Below, piece by piece: positions 13,501-27,500 of a DNA stretch of 64,000 nucleotides. Numbering within the stretch: position 1 is the stretch's first letter; each line of letters begins with the position of its first letter. The DNA is from Eledone cirrhosa (taxonomy: Eukaryota). The stretch covers positions 16,740,001-16,804,000 of the forward strand of contig OZ024752.1 in the NCBI GenBank assembly GCA_964016885.1, written 5' to 3'. The translations under genes were made by a program, and so were the position numbers. Below the pieces are notes generated by a model. The model was not told the DNA's origin. It searched no databases and saw nothing but the letters and a program-made list of their open reading frames with translations.

Positions 13501-16500
13501 GGTAGTCGGTCTAGGGGAAGGATCACTCTGATGTCAGCCGTGTGTGGTAGTCTGTCTAGGGGAAGGTTCACTCTGATGTCAGCCGTGTGTGGTAGTCTGC
13601 CTAGGTGAAGGATCACTCTGATGTCAGCTGTGTGTGGTAGTCTGTCTAGGGGAAGGATCACTCTGATGTCAGCCATGTGTGGTAGTCTGTCTAGGGGAAG
13701 GATCACTCTGATGTCAGCCACGTGTGGTAGTCTGTCTAGGTGAAGGATCACTCTGATGTCAGCCGTGTGTGGTAGTCTGTTATGGGAAGGATCACTCTGA
13801 TGTTAGCTGTGTGTGGTAGTGTGTTATGGGAAGGATCACTCTGATGTCAGCTGTGTGTGGTAGTCTGTTATGGGAAGGATCACTCTGATGTCAGCCGTGT
13901 GTGGTAGTCTGTAATGGGAAGGATCACTCTGATGTCAGCCAAGTGTGGTAGTCTGTCTAGGGGAAGGATCACTCTGATGTCAGCCGTGTGTGGTAGTCTG
14001 TTATGGGAAGGATCACTCTGATGTCAGCGTGTGTGGTAGTCTGTTATGGGAAGGATCACTCTGATGTCAGCCAAGTGTGGTAGTCTGTCTAGGGGAAGGA
14101 TCACTCTGATGTCAGCCGCGTGTGGTAGTCTGTTATGGGAAGGATCACTCTGATGTCAGCCGTGTGTGGTAGTCTGTTATGGGAAGGATCACTCTGATGT
14201 CAGCCGTGTGTGGTAGTCGGTCTAGGGGAAGGATCACTCTGATGTCAGCCGTGTGTGGTAGTCTGTCTAGGGGAAGGTTCACTCTGATGTCAGCCGTGTG
14301 TGGTAGTCTGTCTAGGTGAAGGATCACTCTGATGTCAGCTGTGTGTGGTAGTCTGTCTAGGGGAAGGATCACTCTGATGTCAGCCATGTGTGGTAGTCTG
14401 TTATGGGAAGGATCACTCTGATGTTAGCTGTGTGTGGTAGTCTGTTATGGGAAGGATCACTCTGATGTCAGCTGTGTGTGGTAGTCTGTTATGGGAAGGA
14501 TCACTCTGATGTCAGCCGTGTGTGGTAGTCTGTAATGGGAAGGATCACTCTGATGTCAGCCAAGTGTGGTAGTCTGTCTAGGGGAAGGATCACTCTGATG
14601 TCACCCGTGTGTGGTAGTCTGTTATGGGAAGGATCACTCTGATGTCAGCGTGTGTGGTAGTCTGTTATGGGAAGGATCACTCTGATGTCAGCCGTGTGTG
14701 GTAGTCTGTCTAGGGGAAGGATCACTCTGATGTCATCCGTGTGTGGTAGTCTGTTATGGGAAGGATCACTCTGATGTCAGTCGTGTGTGGTAGTCTGTCT
14801 AGGTGAAGGATCACTCTGATGTCAGTCGTGTGTGGTAGTCTGTTATGGGAAGGATCACTCTGATATCAGCCGTGTGTGGTAGTCTGTCTAGGGGAAGGAT
14901 CACTCTGATGTCAGCCAAGTGTGGTAGTCTGTCTAGGGGAAGGATCACTCTGATGTCAGCCGTGTGTGGTAGTCTGTCTAGGTGACGGATCACACTGATG
15001 TCAGCCGTGTGTGGTAGTCTGTCTAGGGGAAGGATCACTCTGATGTCAGCCGTGTGTGGTAGTCTGTCTAGGTGAAGGATCACTCTGATGTCAGCCGTGT
15101 GTGGTAGTCTGTTATGGGAATGATCACTCTGATGTCAGCCAAGTGTGGTAGTCTGTCTAGGGGAAGGATCACTCTGATGTCAGCCGTGTGTGGTAGTCTG
15201 TTATGGGAAGGATCATTCTGATGTCAGCTGTGTGTGGTAGTCTGTTATGGGAAGGATCACTCTGATGTCAGCTGTGTGTGGTAGTCTGTTATGGGAAGGA
15301 TCACTCTGATGTCAGCAGTGTGTGGTAGTCTGTTATGGGAAGGATCACTCTGATGTCAGCCAAGTGTGGTAGTGTGTCTAGAGGAAGGATCACTCTGATG
15401 TCAGCCGTGTGTGGTAGTCTGTTATGGGAAGGATCACTCTGATGTCAGCGTGTGTGGTAGTCTGTTATGGGAAGGATCACTCTGATGTCAGCCAAGTGTG
15501 GTAGTCTGTCTAAGGGAAGGATCACTCTGATGTCAGCCGTGTGTGGTAGTCTGTTATGGGAAGGATCACTCTGATGTCAGCCGTGTGTGGTAGTCTGTTA
15601 TGGGAAGGATCATTCCGATGTCAGCCGTGTGTGGTAGTCTGTCTAGGGGAAGGATCACTCTGATGTCAGCCGTGTGTGGTAGTCTGTCTAGGTGAAGGAT
15701 CACTCTGATGTCAGCCAAGTGTGGTAGTCTGTCTAGGGGAAGGATCACTCTGATGTCAGCCGTGTGTGGTAGCCTGTTATGGGAAGGATCACTCTGATGT
15801 CAGCCGTGTCTGGTAGTCTGACTAGGTGAAGGATCACTCTGATGTCAGTCGTGTATGGTAGTCTGTCTAGGTGAAGGATCACTCTGATGTCAGCCGTGTG
15901 TGGTAGTCTGTCTAAGGGAAGGATCACTCTGATGTCAGCGTGTGTGGTAGTCTGTCTAAGGGAAGGATCACTCTGATGTCAGCCGTGTGTGGTAGTCTGT
16001 CTAGGTGAAGGATCACTCTGATGTAAGCCGTGTGTGGTAGTCTGTCTAAGGGAAGTATCACTCTGATGTCAGTCATGTGTGGTAGTCTGTTATGGGAAGG
16101 ATCACTCTGATGTCAGCCGTGTGTGGTAGTCTGTCTAGGTGAAGGATCACTCTGATGTCAGTCGTGTATGGTAGTCTGTCTAGGTGAAGGATCACTCTGA
16201 TGTCAGCCGTGTGTGGTAGTCTGTCTAAGGGAAGGATCACTCTGATGTCAGCGTGTGTGGTAGTCTGTCTAAGGGAAGGATCACTCTGATGTCAGCCGTG
16301 TGTGGTAGTCTGTCTAGGTGAAGGATCACTCTGATGTAAGCCGTGTGTGGTAGTCTGTCTAAGGGGAGTATCACTCTGATGTCAGTCATGTGTGGTAGTC
16401 TGTTATGGGAAGGATCACTCTGATGTCAGCCGTGTGTAGTAGTCTGTCTAGGGGAAGGATCACTCTGATGTCTGATGTCAGCCGTGTGTGGTAGTCTGTC

Positions 16501-19500
16501 TAGGGGAAGGATCACTCTGATGTCAGCTGTGTGTGGCAGTCTGTCTAGGGGAAGGATCACTCTGATGTCAGCCGTGTGTTGTAGTCTCTCTAGGGAAAGG
16601 ATCACTCTGATATCAGCTGTGTGTGGTAGTCTGTCTAGGGGAAGGATCACTCTGATGTCAGCCGTGTCTGGTAGTCCGTCTAGGGGAAGGATCACTCTGA
16701 TGTCAGCCATGTGTGGTAGTCTGTCTAGGGGAAGGATCACTCTGATGTCAGCCAAGTGTGGTAGTCTGTCTAGGGGAAGGATCACTCTGATGTCAGTCAT
16801 GTGTGGTAGACTGTCTAGGGGAAGGATCACTCTGATGTCAGCCGTGTGTGGTAGTCTGTCTAGGGGAAGGATCACTCTGATGTCAGCCGTGTGTGGTAGT
16901 CTGTTTGGGGAAGGATCACTCAGATGTCAGCCGTGTGTGGTAGTCTGTCTAAGGGAAGGATCACTCTGATGTCAGCCGTGTGTGGTAGTCGGTCTAGGGG
17001 AAGGATCACTCTGATGTCAGCCGTGTGTGGTAGTCTGTCTAGGGGAAGGTTCACTCTGATGTCAGCCGTGTGTGGTAGTCTGCCTAGGTGAAGGATCACT
17101 CTGATGTCAGCTGTGTGTGGTAGTCTGTCTAGGGGAAGGATCACTCTGATGTCAGCCATGTGTGGTAGTCTGTCTAGGGGAAGGATCACTCTGATGTCAG
17201 CCACGTGTGGTAGTCTGTCTAGGTGAAGGATCACTCTGATGTCAGCCGTGTGTGGTAGTCTGTTATGGGAAGGATCACTCTGATGTTAGCTGTGTGTGGT
17301 AGTGTGTTATGGGAAGGATCACTCTGATGTCAGCTGTGTGTGGTAGTCTGTTATGGGAAGGATCACTCTGATGTCAGCCGTGTGTGGTAGTCTGTAATGG
17401 GAAGGATCACTCTGATGTCAGCCAAGTGTGGTAGTCTGTCTAGGGGAAGGATCACTCTGATGTCAGCCGTGTGTGGTAGTCTGTTATGGGAAGGATCACT
17501 CTGATGTCAGCGTGTGTGGTAGTCTGTTATGGGAAGGATCACTCTGATGTCAGCCAAGTGTGGTAGTCTGTCTAGGGGAAGGATCACTCTGATGTCAGCC
17601 GCGTGTGGTAGTCTGTTATGGGAAGGATCACTCTGATGTCAGCCGTGTGTGGTAGTCTGTTATGGGAAGGATCACTCTGATGTCAGCCGTGTGTGGTAGT
17701 CGGTCTAGGGGAAGGATCACTCTGATGTCAGCCGTGTGTGGTAGTCTGTCTAGGGGAAGGTTCACTCTGATGTCAGCCGTGTGTGGTAGTCTGTCTAGGT
17801 GAAGGATCACTCTGATGTCAGCTGTGTGTGGTAGTCTGTCTAGGGGAAGGATCACTCTGATGTCAGCCATGTGTGGTAGTCTGTTATGGGAAGGATCACT
17901 CTGATGTTAGCTGTGTGTGGTAGTCTGTTATGGGAAGGATCACTCTGATGTCAGCTGTGTGTGGTAGTCTGTTATGGGAAGGATCACTCTGATGTCAGCC
18001 GTGTGTGGTAGTCTGTAATGGGAAGGATCACTCTGATGTCAGCCAAGTGTGGTAGTCTGTCTAGGGGAAGGATCACTCTGATGTCACCCGTGTGTGGTAG
18101 TCTGTTATGGGAAGGATCACTCTGATGTCAGCGTGTGTGGTAGTCTGTTATGGGAAGGATCACTCTGATGTCAGCCGTGTGTGGTAGTCTGTCTAGGGGA
18201 AGGATCACTCTGATGTCATCCGTGTGTGGTAGTCTGTTATGGGAAGGATCACTCTGATGTCAGTCGTGTGTGGTAGTCTGTCTAGGTGAAGGATCACTCT
18301 GATGTCAGTCGTGTGTGGTAGTCTGTTATGGGAAGGATCACTCTGATATCAGCCGTGTGTGGTAGTCTGTCTAGGGGAAGGATCACTCTGATGTCAGCCA
18401 AGTGTGGTAGTCTGTCTAGGGGAAGGATCACTCTGATGTCAGCCGTGTGTGGTAGTCTGTCTAGGTGACGGATCACACTGATGTCAGCCGTGTGTGGTAG
18501 TCTGTCTAGGGGAAGGATCACTCTGATGTCAGCCGTGTGTGGTAGTCTGTCTAGGTGAAGGATCACTCTGATGTCAGCCGTGTGTGGTAGTCTGTTATGG
18601 GAATGATCACTCTGATGTCAGCCAAGTGTGGTAGTCTGTCTAGGGGAAGGATCACTCTGATGTCAGCCGTGTGTGGTAGACTGTTATGGGAAGGATCATT
18701 CTGATGTCAGCTGTGTGTGGTAGTCTGTTATGGGAAGGATCACTCTGATGTCAGCTGTGTGTGGTAGTCTGTTATGGGAAGGATCACTCTGATGTCAGCA
18801 GTGTGTGGTAGTCTGTTATGGGAAGGATCACTCTGATGTCAGCCAAGTGTGGTAGTGTGTCTAGAGGAAGGATCACTCTGATGTCAGCCGTGTGTGGTAG
18901 TCTGTTATGGGAAGGATCACTCTGATGTCAGCGTGTGTGGTAGTCTGTTATGGGAAGGATCACTCTGATGTCAGCCAAGTGTGGTAGTCTGTCTAAGGGA
19001 AGGATCACTCTGATGTCAGCCGTGTGTGGTAGTCTGTTATGGGAAGGATCACTCTGATGTCAGCCGTGTGTGGTAGTCTGTTATGGGAAGGATCATTCCG
19101 ATGTCAGCCGTGTGTGGTAGTCTGTCTAGGGGAAGGATCACTCTGATGTCAGCCGTGTGTGGTAGTCTGTCTAGGTGAAGGATCACTCTGATGTCAGCCA
19201 AGTGTGGTAGTCTGTCTAGGGGAAGGATCACTCTGATGTCAGCCGTGTGTGGTAGCCTGTTATGGGAAGGATCACTCTGATGTCAGCCGTGTCTGGTAGT
19301 CTGACTAGGTGAAGGATCACTCTGATGTCAGTCGTGTATGGTAGTCTGTCTAGGTGAAGGATCACTCTGATGTCAGCCGTGTGTGGTAGTCTGTCTAAGG
19401 GAAGGATCACTCTGATGTCAGCGTGTGTGGTAGTCTGTCTAAGGGAAGGATCACTCTGATGTCAGCCGTGTGTGGTAGTCTGTCTAGGTGAAGGATCACT

Positions 19501-21521
19501 CTGATGTAAGCCGTGTGTGGTAGTCTGTCTAAGGGAAGTATCACTCTGATGTCAGTCATGTGTGGTAGTCTGTTATGGGAAGGATCACTCTGATGTCAGC
19601 CGTGTGCGGTAGTCTGTCTAGGGGAAGGATCACTCTGATGTCTGATGTCAGCCGTGTGTGGTAGTCTGTCTAGGGGAAGGATCACTCTGATGTCAGCTGT
19701 GTGTGGCAGTCTGTCTAGGGGAAGGATCACTCTGATGTCAGCCAAGTGTGGTAGTCTGTCTAGGGGAAGGATCACTCTGATGTCAGTCATGTGTGGTAGT
19801 CTGTCTAGGGGAAGGATCACTCTGATGTCAGCCGTGTGTGGTAGTCTGTCTAGGGGAAGGATCACTCTGATGTCAGCTGTGTGTGGTAGTCTGTCTAGGG
19901 GAAGGATCACCCTGATGTCAGCCGTGTGTGGTAGTCTGTGTAGGGGAAGGATCACTCTGATGTCAGCCGTGTGTGGTAGTCTGTCTAGGTGAAGGATCAC
20001 CCTGATGTCAGCCGTGTGTGGTAGTCTGTCTCGGGGAAGCATCATTCTGATGTCAGCCATGTGTGGTAGTCTGTTATGGGAAGGATCACTCTGATGTCAG
20101 CCGTGTGTGGCAGTCTAGCTAGGGGAAGGATCACTCTGATGTCAGTCGTGTGTGGTAGTCTGTCTAGGGGAAGGATAACTCTGATGTCAGCTGTGTGTGG
20201 TAGTCTGTCTAAGGGAAGGATCACTCTGATGTCAGCCGTGTGTGGTAGTCTGTCTAGGGGAAGGATCACTCTGATGTCAGTCATGTGTGGTAGTCTGTCT
20301 AGGGGAAGGATCACTCTGATGTCAGCTGTGTGTGGTAGTCTGTCTAGGGGAAGGATCACTCTGATGTCAGCCGTGTGTGGTAGTCTGTCTAGGGGAAGGA
20401 TCACTCTGATGTCAGTCATGTGTGGTAGTCTGTCGAGGGGAAGGATCACTCTGATGTCAGCCGTGTGTGGTAGTCTGTCTAGGGGAAGGATCACTCTGAT
20501 GTCCGCTGTGTGTGGTAGTCTGTCTAGTGGAAGGATCACCCTGATGTCAGCCGTGTGTGGTAGCCTGTCTAGGGGAAGGATCACTCTGATGTCAGCTGTG
20601 TGTGGTAGTCTGTCTAGGGGAAGGATCACTCTGATGTCAGCTGTGTGTGGTAGTCTGTCTCGGGGAAGGATCACTCTGATGTCAGTCGTGTGTGGTAGTC
20701 TGTCTAGGGGAAGGATAACTCTGATGTCAGCTGTGTGCGGTAGTCTGTCTCGGGGAAGGATCACTCTGATGTCAGCCGTGTCTGGTAGTCTGTCTAGGGG
20801 AAGGATCACTCTGATGTCAGTCATGTGTGGTAGTCTGTCTAGGGGAAGTATCACTCTGATGTCAGCTGTGTGTGGTAGTCTGTCTAGGGGAAGGATCACT
20901 CTGATGTGAGCCGTGTGTAGTAGTCTGTCTAGGGGAAGGATCACTCTGATGTCAGTCATGTGTAGTAGTCTGTCTAGGGGAAGTATCACTCTGATGTCAG
21001 CCGTGTGTGGTAGTCTGTCTAGGGGAAGGATAAATCTGAAGTAAGCTGTGTGTGGTAGTCTGTCTCGGGGAAGGATCACTCTGATGTCATCCGTGTGTGG
21101 TAGTCTGTCTAAGGGAAGGATCACTCTGATGTCCGCCGTGTGTGGTAGTCTGTCTAGGGGAAGGATCACTCTGATGTCAGCCGTGTGTGGTAGTCTGTCT
21201 ACGGGAAGGATCACTCTGATGTCAGCTGTCTGTGGCAGTCTGTCTAGGGGAAGGATCACTCTGATGTCAGCCGTGTGTGGTAGTCTGTCTAAGGGAAGGA
21301 TCACTCTGATGTCAGCCGTGTGTGGTAGTCTGTCTAGGGGAAGGATCACTCTGATGTCAGCCGTGTGTGGTAGTCTGTCTAAGGGAAGGATCACTCTGAT
21401 GTCAGCTGTGTGTGGCAGTCTGTCTAGGGGAAGGCTCACTCTGACGTCAGCCGTGTGTGGTAGTCTGTCTAAGGGAAGGATCACTCTGATGTCAGCTGTG
21501 TGTGGTAGTCTGTCTAAGGGA
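10561..21521. repeat. ~11.0-kb higher-order repeat, copy 2 (internally rearranged)
   Basis: Marker ORF 10666..10980 recurs at 21627..21941 (offset 10961). The 45-bp-only island 8901..10703 recurs at 20042..21664, four monomers shorter. Confidence 0.88.
12600..19600. repeat. Near-perfect 3,483-bp tandem duplication inside higher-order copy 2
   Basis: ORF pairs 12943/16426, 13437/16920, 14145/17628, 14811/18294, 15566/19049 and 15745/19228 all differ by exactly 3483. Private variant GTTTGGGGA occurs only at ~13420 and ~16903. Confidence 0.9.
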
Positions 21522-24500
21522 AGGATCACTCTGATGTCAGCTGTGTGTGGTAGTCTGTCTAGGGGAAGGATCACTCTGATGTCAGCTGTGTGTGGCAGTC
21601 TGTCTAGGGGAAAGATCACTCTGATGTCAGCCGTGTGTGGTAGTCTGTCTAGGGGAAGGATCACTCTGATGTCTGATATCAGCCGTGTGTGGTAGTCTGT
21701 CTAGGGGAAGGATCACTCTGATGTCAGCTGTGTGTGGCAGTCTGTCTAGGGGAAGGATCACTCTGATGTCAGCCGTGTGTTGTAGTCTGTCTAGGGGAAG
21801 GATCACTCTGATGTCAGCCGTGTCTGGTAGTACGTCTAGGGGAAGGATCACTCTGATGTCAGCCGTGTGTGGTAGTCTGTCTAGGGGAAGGATCACTCTG
21901 ATGTCAGCCGTGTGTGGTAGTCTGTCTAGGGGAAGGATCACTCAGATGTCAGCCGTGTGTGGTAGTCTGTCTAAGGGAAGGATCACTCTGATGTCAGCCG
22001 TGTGTGGTAGTCGGTCTAGGGGAAGGATCACTCTGATGTCAGCCGTGTGTGGTAGTCTGTCTAGGGGAAGGTTCACTCTGATGTCAGCCGTGTGTGGTAG
22101 TCTGTCTAGGTGAAGGATCACTCTGATGTCAGCTGTGTGTGGTAGTCTGTCTAGGGGAAGGATCACTCTGATGTCAGCCATGTGTGGTAGTCTGTTATGG
22201 GAAGGATCACTCTGATGTTAGCTGTGTGTGGTAGTCTGTTATGGGAAGGATCACTCTGATGTCAGCTGTGTGTGGTAGTCTGTTATGGGAAGGATCACTC
22301 TGATGTCAGCCGTGTGTGGTAGTCTGTAATGGGAAGGATCACTCTGATGTCAGCCAAGTGTGGTAGTCTGTCTAGGGGAAGGATCACTCTGATGTCACCC
22401 GTGTGTGGTAGTCTGTTATGGGAAGGATCACTCTGATGTCAGCGTGTGTGGTAGTCTGTTATGGGAAGGATCACTCTGATGTCAGCCGTGTGTGGTAGTC
22501 TGTTATGGGAAGGATCATTCCGATGTCAGCCGTGTGTGGTAGTCTGTCTAGGGGAAGGATCACTCTGATGTCAGCCGTGTGTGGTAGTCTGTCTAGGTTA
22601 AGGATCACTATGATGTCAGCCAAGTGTGGTAGTCTGTCTAGGAGAAGGATCACTCTGATGTCAGCCGTGTGTGGTAGTCTGTTATGGGAAGGATCACTCT
22701 GATGTCAGCTGTGTTTGGTAGTCTGTTATGGGAAGGATCACTCCGATGTCAGCCGTGTGTGGTAGTCTGTCTAGGGGAAGGATTACTCTGATGTCAGCTG
22801 TGTGTGGTAGTCTGTTATGAGAAGGATCACTCTGATGTCAGCCGTGTGTGGTAGTCTGTTATGGGAAGGATCACTCTGATGTCAGCCGTGTGTGGTAGTC
22901 TGTTATGGGAAGGATCACTCTGATGTCAGCCAAGTGTGGTAGTATGTCTAGGGGAAGGATCACTCTGATGTCAGCCGTGTGTGGTAGTCTGTTATGGGAA
23001 GGATCATTCTGATGTCAGCTGTGTGTGGTAGTCTGTTATGGGAAGGATCACTCTGATGTCAGCTGTGTGTGGTAGTCTGTTATGGGAAGGATCACTCTGA
23101 TGTCAGCAGTGTGTGGTAGTCTGTTATGGGAAGGATCACTCTGATGTCAGCCAAGTGTGGTAGTGTGTCTAGGGGAAGGATCACTCTGATGTCAGCCGTG
23201 TGTGGTAGTCTGTTATGGGAAGGATCACTCTGATGTCAGCGTGTGTGGTAGTCTGTTATGGGAAGGATCACTCTGATGTCAGCCAAGTGTGGTAGTCTGT
23301 CTAAGGGAAGGATCACTCTGATGTCAGCCGTGTGTGGTAGTCTGTTATGGGAAGGATCACTCTGATGTCAGCCGTGTGTGGTAGTCTGTTATGGGAAGGA
23401 TCACTCCGATGTCAGCCGTGTGTGGTAGTCTGTCTAGGGGAAGGATCACTCTGATGTCAGCCGTGTGTGGTAGTCTGTCTAGGTGAAGGATCACTCTGAT
23501 GTCAGCCAAGTGTGGTAGTCTGTCTAGGGGAAGGATCACTCTGATGTCAGCCGTGTGTGGTAGTCTGTTATGGGAAGGATCACTCTGATGTCAGCCGTGT
23601 GTGGTAGTCTGTCTAGGTGAAGGATCACTCTGATGTCAGTCGTGTATGGTAGTCTGTCTAGGTGAAGGATCACTCTGATGTCAGCCGTGTGTGGTAGTCT
23701 GTCTAAGGGAAGGATCACTCTGATCTCAGCGTGTGTGGTAGTCTGTCTAAGGGAAGGATCACTCTGATGTCAGCCGTGTGTGGTAGTCTGTTATGGGAAG
23801 GATCACTCTGATGTCAGCCGTGTGTAGTAGTCTGTCTAGGGGAAGGATCACTCTGATGTCTGATGTCAGCCGTGTGTGGTAGTCTGTCTAGGGGAAGGAT
23901 CACTCTGATGTCAGCTGTGTGTGGCAGTCTGTCTAGGGGAAGGATCACTCTGATGTCAGCCGTGTGTTGTAGTCTCTCTAGGGAAAGGATCACTCTGATA
24001 TCAGCTGTGTGTGGTAGTCTGTCTAGGGGAAGGATCACTCTGATGTCAGCCGTGTCTGGTAGTCCGTCTAGGGGAAGGATCACTCTGATGTCAGCCATGT
24101 GTGGTAGTCTGTCTAGGGGAAGGATCACTCTGATGTCAGCCAAGTGTGGTAGTCTGTCTAGGGGAAGGATCACTCTGATGTCAGTCATGTGTGGTAGTCT
24201 GTCTAGGGGAAGGATCACTCTGATGTCAGCTGTGTGTGGTAGTCTGTCTAGGGGAAGGATCACTCTGATGTCAGCCGTGTGTGGTAGTCTGTCTAGGGGA
24301 AGGATCACTCAGATGTCAGCCGTGTGTGGTAGTCTGTCTAAGGGAAGGATCACTCTGATGTCAGCCGTGTGTGGTAGTCGGTCTAGGGGAAGGATCACTC
24401 TGATGTCAGCCGTGTGTGGTAGTCTGTCTAGGGGAAGGTTCACTCTGATGTCAGCCGTGTGTGGTAGTCTGCCTAGGTGAAGGATCACTCTGATGTCAGC

Positions 24501-27500
24501 TGTGTGTGGTAGTCTGTCTAGGGGAAGGATCACTCTGATGTCAGCCATGTGTGGTAGTCTGTCTAGGGGAAGGATCACTCTGATGTCAGCCACGTGTGGT
24601 AGTCTGTCTAGGTGAAGGATCACTCTGATGTCAGCCGTGTGTGGTAGTCTGTTATGGGAAGGATCACTCTGATGTTAGCTGTGTGTGGTAGTCTGTTATG
24701 GGAAGGATCACTCTGATGTCAGCTGTGTGTGGTAGTCTGTTATGGGAAGGATCACTCTGATGTCAGCCGTGTGTGGTAGTCTGTAATGGGAAGGATCACT
24801 CTGATGTCAGCCAAGTGTGGTAGTCTGTCTAGGGGAAGGATCACTCTGATGTCAGCCGTGTGTGGTAGTCTGTTATGGGAAGGATCACTCTGATGTCAGC
24901 GTGTGTGGTAGTCTGTTATGGGAAGGATCACTCTGATGTCAGCCAAGTGTGGTAGTCTGTCTAGGGGAAGGATCACTCTGATGTCAGCCGCGTGTGGTAG
25001 TCTGTTATGGGAAGGATCACTCTGATGTCAGCCGTGTGTGGTAGTCTGTTATGGGAAGGATCACTCTGATGTCAGCCGTGTGTGGTAGTCGGTCTAGGGG
25101 AAGGATCACTCTGATGTCAGCCGTGTGTGGTAGTCTGTCTAGGGGAAGGTTCACTCTGATGTCAGCCGTGTGTGGTAGTCTGTCTAGGTGAAGGATCACT
25201 CTGATGTCAGCTGTGTGTGGTAGTCTGTCTAGGGGAAGGATCACTCTGATGTCAGCCATGTGTGGTAGTCTGTTATGGGAAGGATCACTCTGATGTTAGC
25301 TGTGTGTGGTAGTCTGTTATGGGAAGGATCACTCTGATGTCAGCTGTGTGTGGTAGTCTGTTATGGGAAGGATCACTCTGATGTCAGCCGTGTGTGGTAG
25401 TCTGTAATGGGAAGGATCACTCTGATGTCAGCCAAGTGTGGTAGTCTGTCTAGGGGAAGGATCACTCTGATGTCACCCGTGTGTGGTAGTCTGTTATGGG
25501 AAGGATCACTCTGATGTCAGCGTGTGTGGTAGTCTGTTATGGGAAGGATCACTCTGATGTCAGCCGTGTGTGGTAGTCTGTTATGGGAAGGATCATTCCG
25601 ATGTCAGCCGTGTGTAGTAGTCTGTCTAGGGGAAGGATCACTCTGATGTCAGCCGTGTGTGGTAGTCTGTCTAGGTTAAGGATCACTATGATGTCAGCCA
25701 AGTGTGGTAGTCTGTCTAGGGGAAGGATCACTCTGATGTCAGCCGTGTGTGGTAGTCTGTTATGGGAAGGATCACTCTGATGTCAGCTGTGTTTGGTAGT
25801 CTGTTATGGGAAGGATCACTCCGATGTCAGCCGTGTGTGGTAGTCTGTCTAGGGGAAGGATTACTCTGATGTCAGCTGTGTGTGGTAGTCTGTTATGAGA
25901 AGGATCACTCTGATGTCAGCCGTGTGTGGTAGTCTGTTATGGGAAGGATCACTCTGATGTCAGCCGTGTGTGGTAGTCTGTTATGGGAAGGATCACTCTG
26001 ATGTCAGCCAAGTGTGGTAGTATGTCTAGGGGAAGGATCACTCTGATGTCAGCCGTGTGTGGTAGTCTGTTATGGGAAGGATCATTCTGATGTCTGCTGT
26101 GTGTGGTAGTCTGTTATGGGAAGGATCACTCTGATGTCAGCTGTGTGTGGTAGTCTGTTATGGGAAGGATCACTCTGATGTCAGCAGTGTGTGGTAGTCT
26201 GTTATGGGAAGGATCACTCTGATGTCAGCCAAGTGTGGTAGTGTGTCTAGGGGAAGGATCACTCTGATGTCAGCCGTGTGTGGTAGTCTGTTATGGGAAG
26301 GATCACTCTGATGTCAGCGTGTGTGGTAGTCTGTTATGGGAAGGATCACTCTGATGTCAGCCAAGTGTGGTAGTCTGTCTAAGGGAAGGATCACTCTGAT
26401 GTCAGCCGTGTGTGGTAGTCTGTTATGGGAAGGATCATTCTGATGTCAGCCGTGTGTGGTAGTCTGTTATGGGAAGGATCACTCCGATGTCAGCCGTGTG
26501 TGGTAGTCTGTCTAGGGGAAGGATCACTCTGATGTCAGCCGTGTGTGGTAGTCTGTCTAGGTGAAGGATCACTCTGATGTCAGCTAAGTGTGGTAGTCTG
26601 TCTAGGGGAAGGATCACTCTGATGTCAGCCGTGTGTGGTAGTCTGTTATGGGAAGGATCACTCTGATGTCAGCCGTGTGTGGTAGTCTGTCTAGGTGAAG
26701 GATCACTCTGATGTCAGTCGTGTATGGTAGTCTGTCTAGGTGAAGGATCACTCTGATGTCAGCCGTGTGTGGTAGTCTGTCTAAGGGAAGGATCACTCTG
26801 ATGTCAGCGTGTGTGGTAGTCTGTCTAAGGGAAGGATCACTCTGATGTCAGCCGTGTGTGGTAGTCTGTCTAGGTGAAGGATCACTCTGATGTAAGCCGT
26901 GTGTGGTAGTCTGTCTAAGGGAAGTATCACTCTGATGTCAGTCATGTGTGGTATTCTGTTATGGGAAGGATCACTCTGATGTCAGCCGTGTGTAGTAGTC
27001 TGTCTAGGGGAAGGATCACTCTGATGTCTGATGTCAGCCGTGTGTGGTAGTCTGTCTAGGGGAAGGATCACTCTGATGTCAGCTGTGTGTGGCAGTCTGT
27101 CTAGGGGAAGGATCACTCTGATGTCAGCCGTGTGTTGTAGTCTCTCTAGGGAAAGGATCACTCTGATATCAGCTGTGTGTGGTAGTCTGTCTAGGGGAAG
27201 GATCACTCTGATGTCAGCCGTGTCTGGTAGTCCGTCTAGGGGAAGGATCACTCTGATGTCAGCCATGTGTGGTAGTCTGTCTAGGGGAAGGATCACTCTG
27301 ATGTCAGCCAAGTGTGGTAGTCTGTCTAGGGGAAGGATCACTCTGATGTCAGTCATGTGTGGTAGTCTGTCTAGGGGAAGGATCACTCTGATGTCAGCCG
27401 TGTGTGGTAGTCTGTCTAGGGGAAGGATCACTCTGATGTCAGCCGTGTGTGGTAGTCTGTCTAGGGGAAGGATCACTCAGATGTCAGCCGTGTGTGGTAG

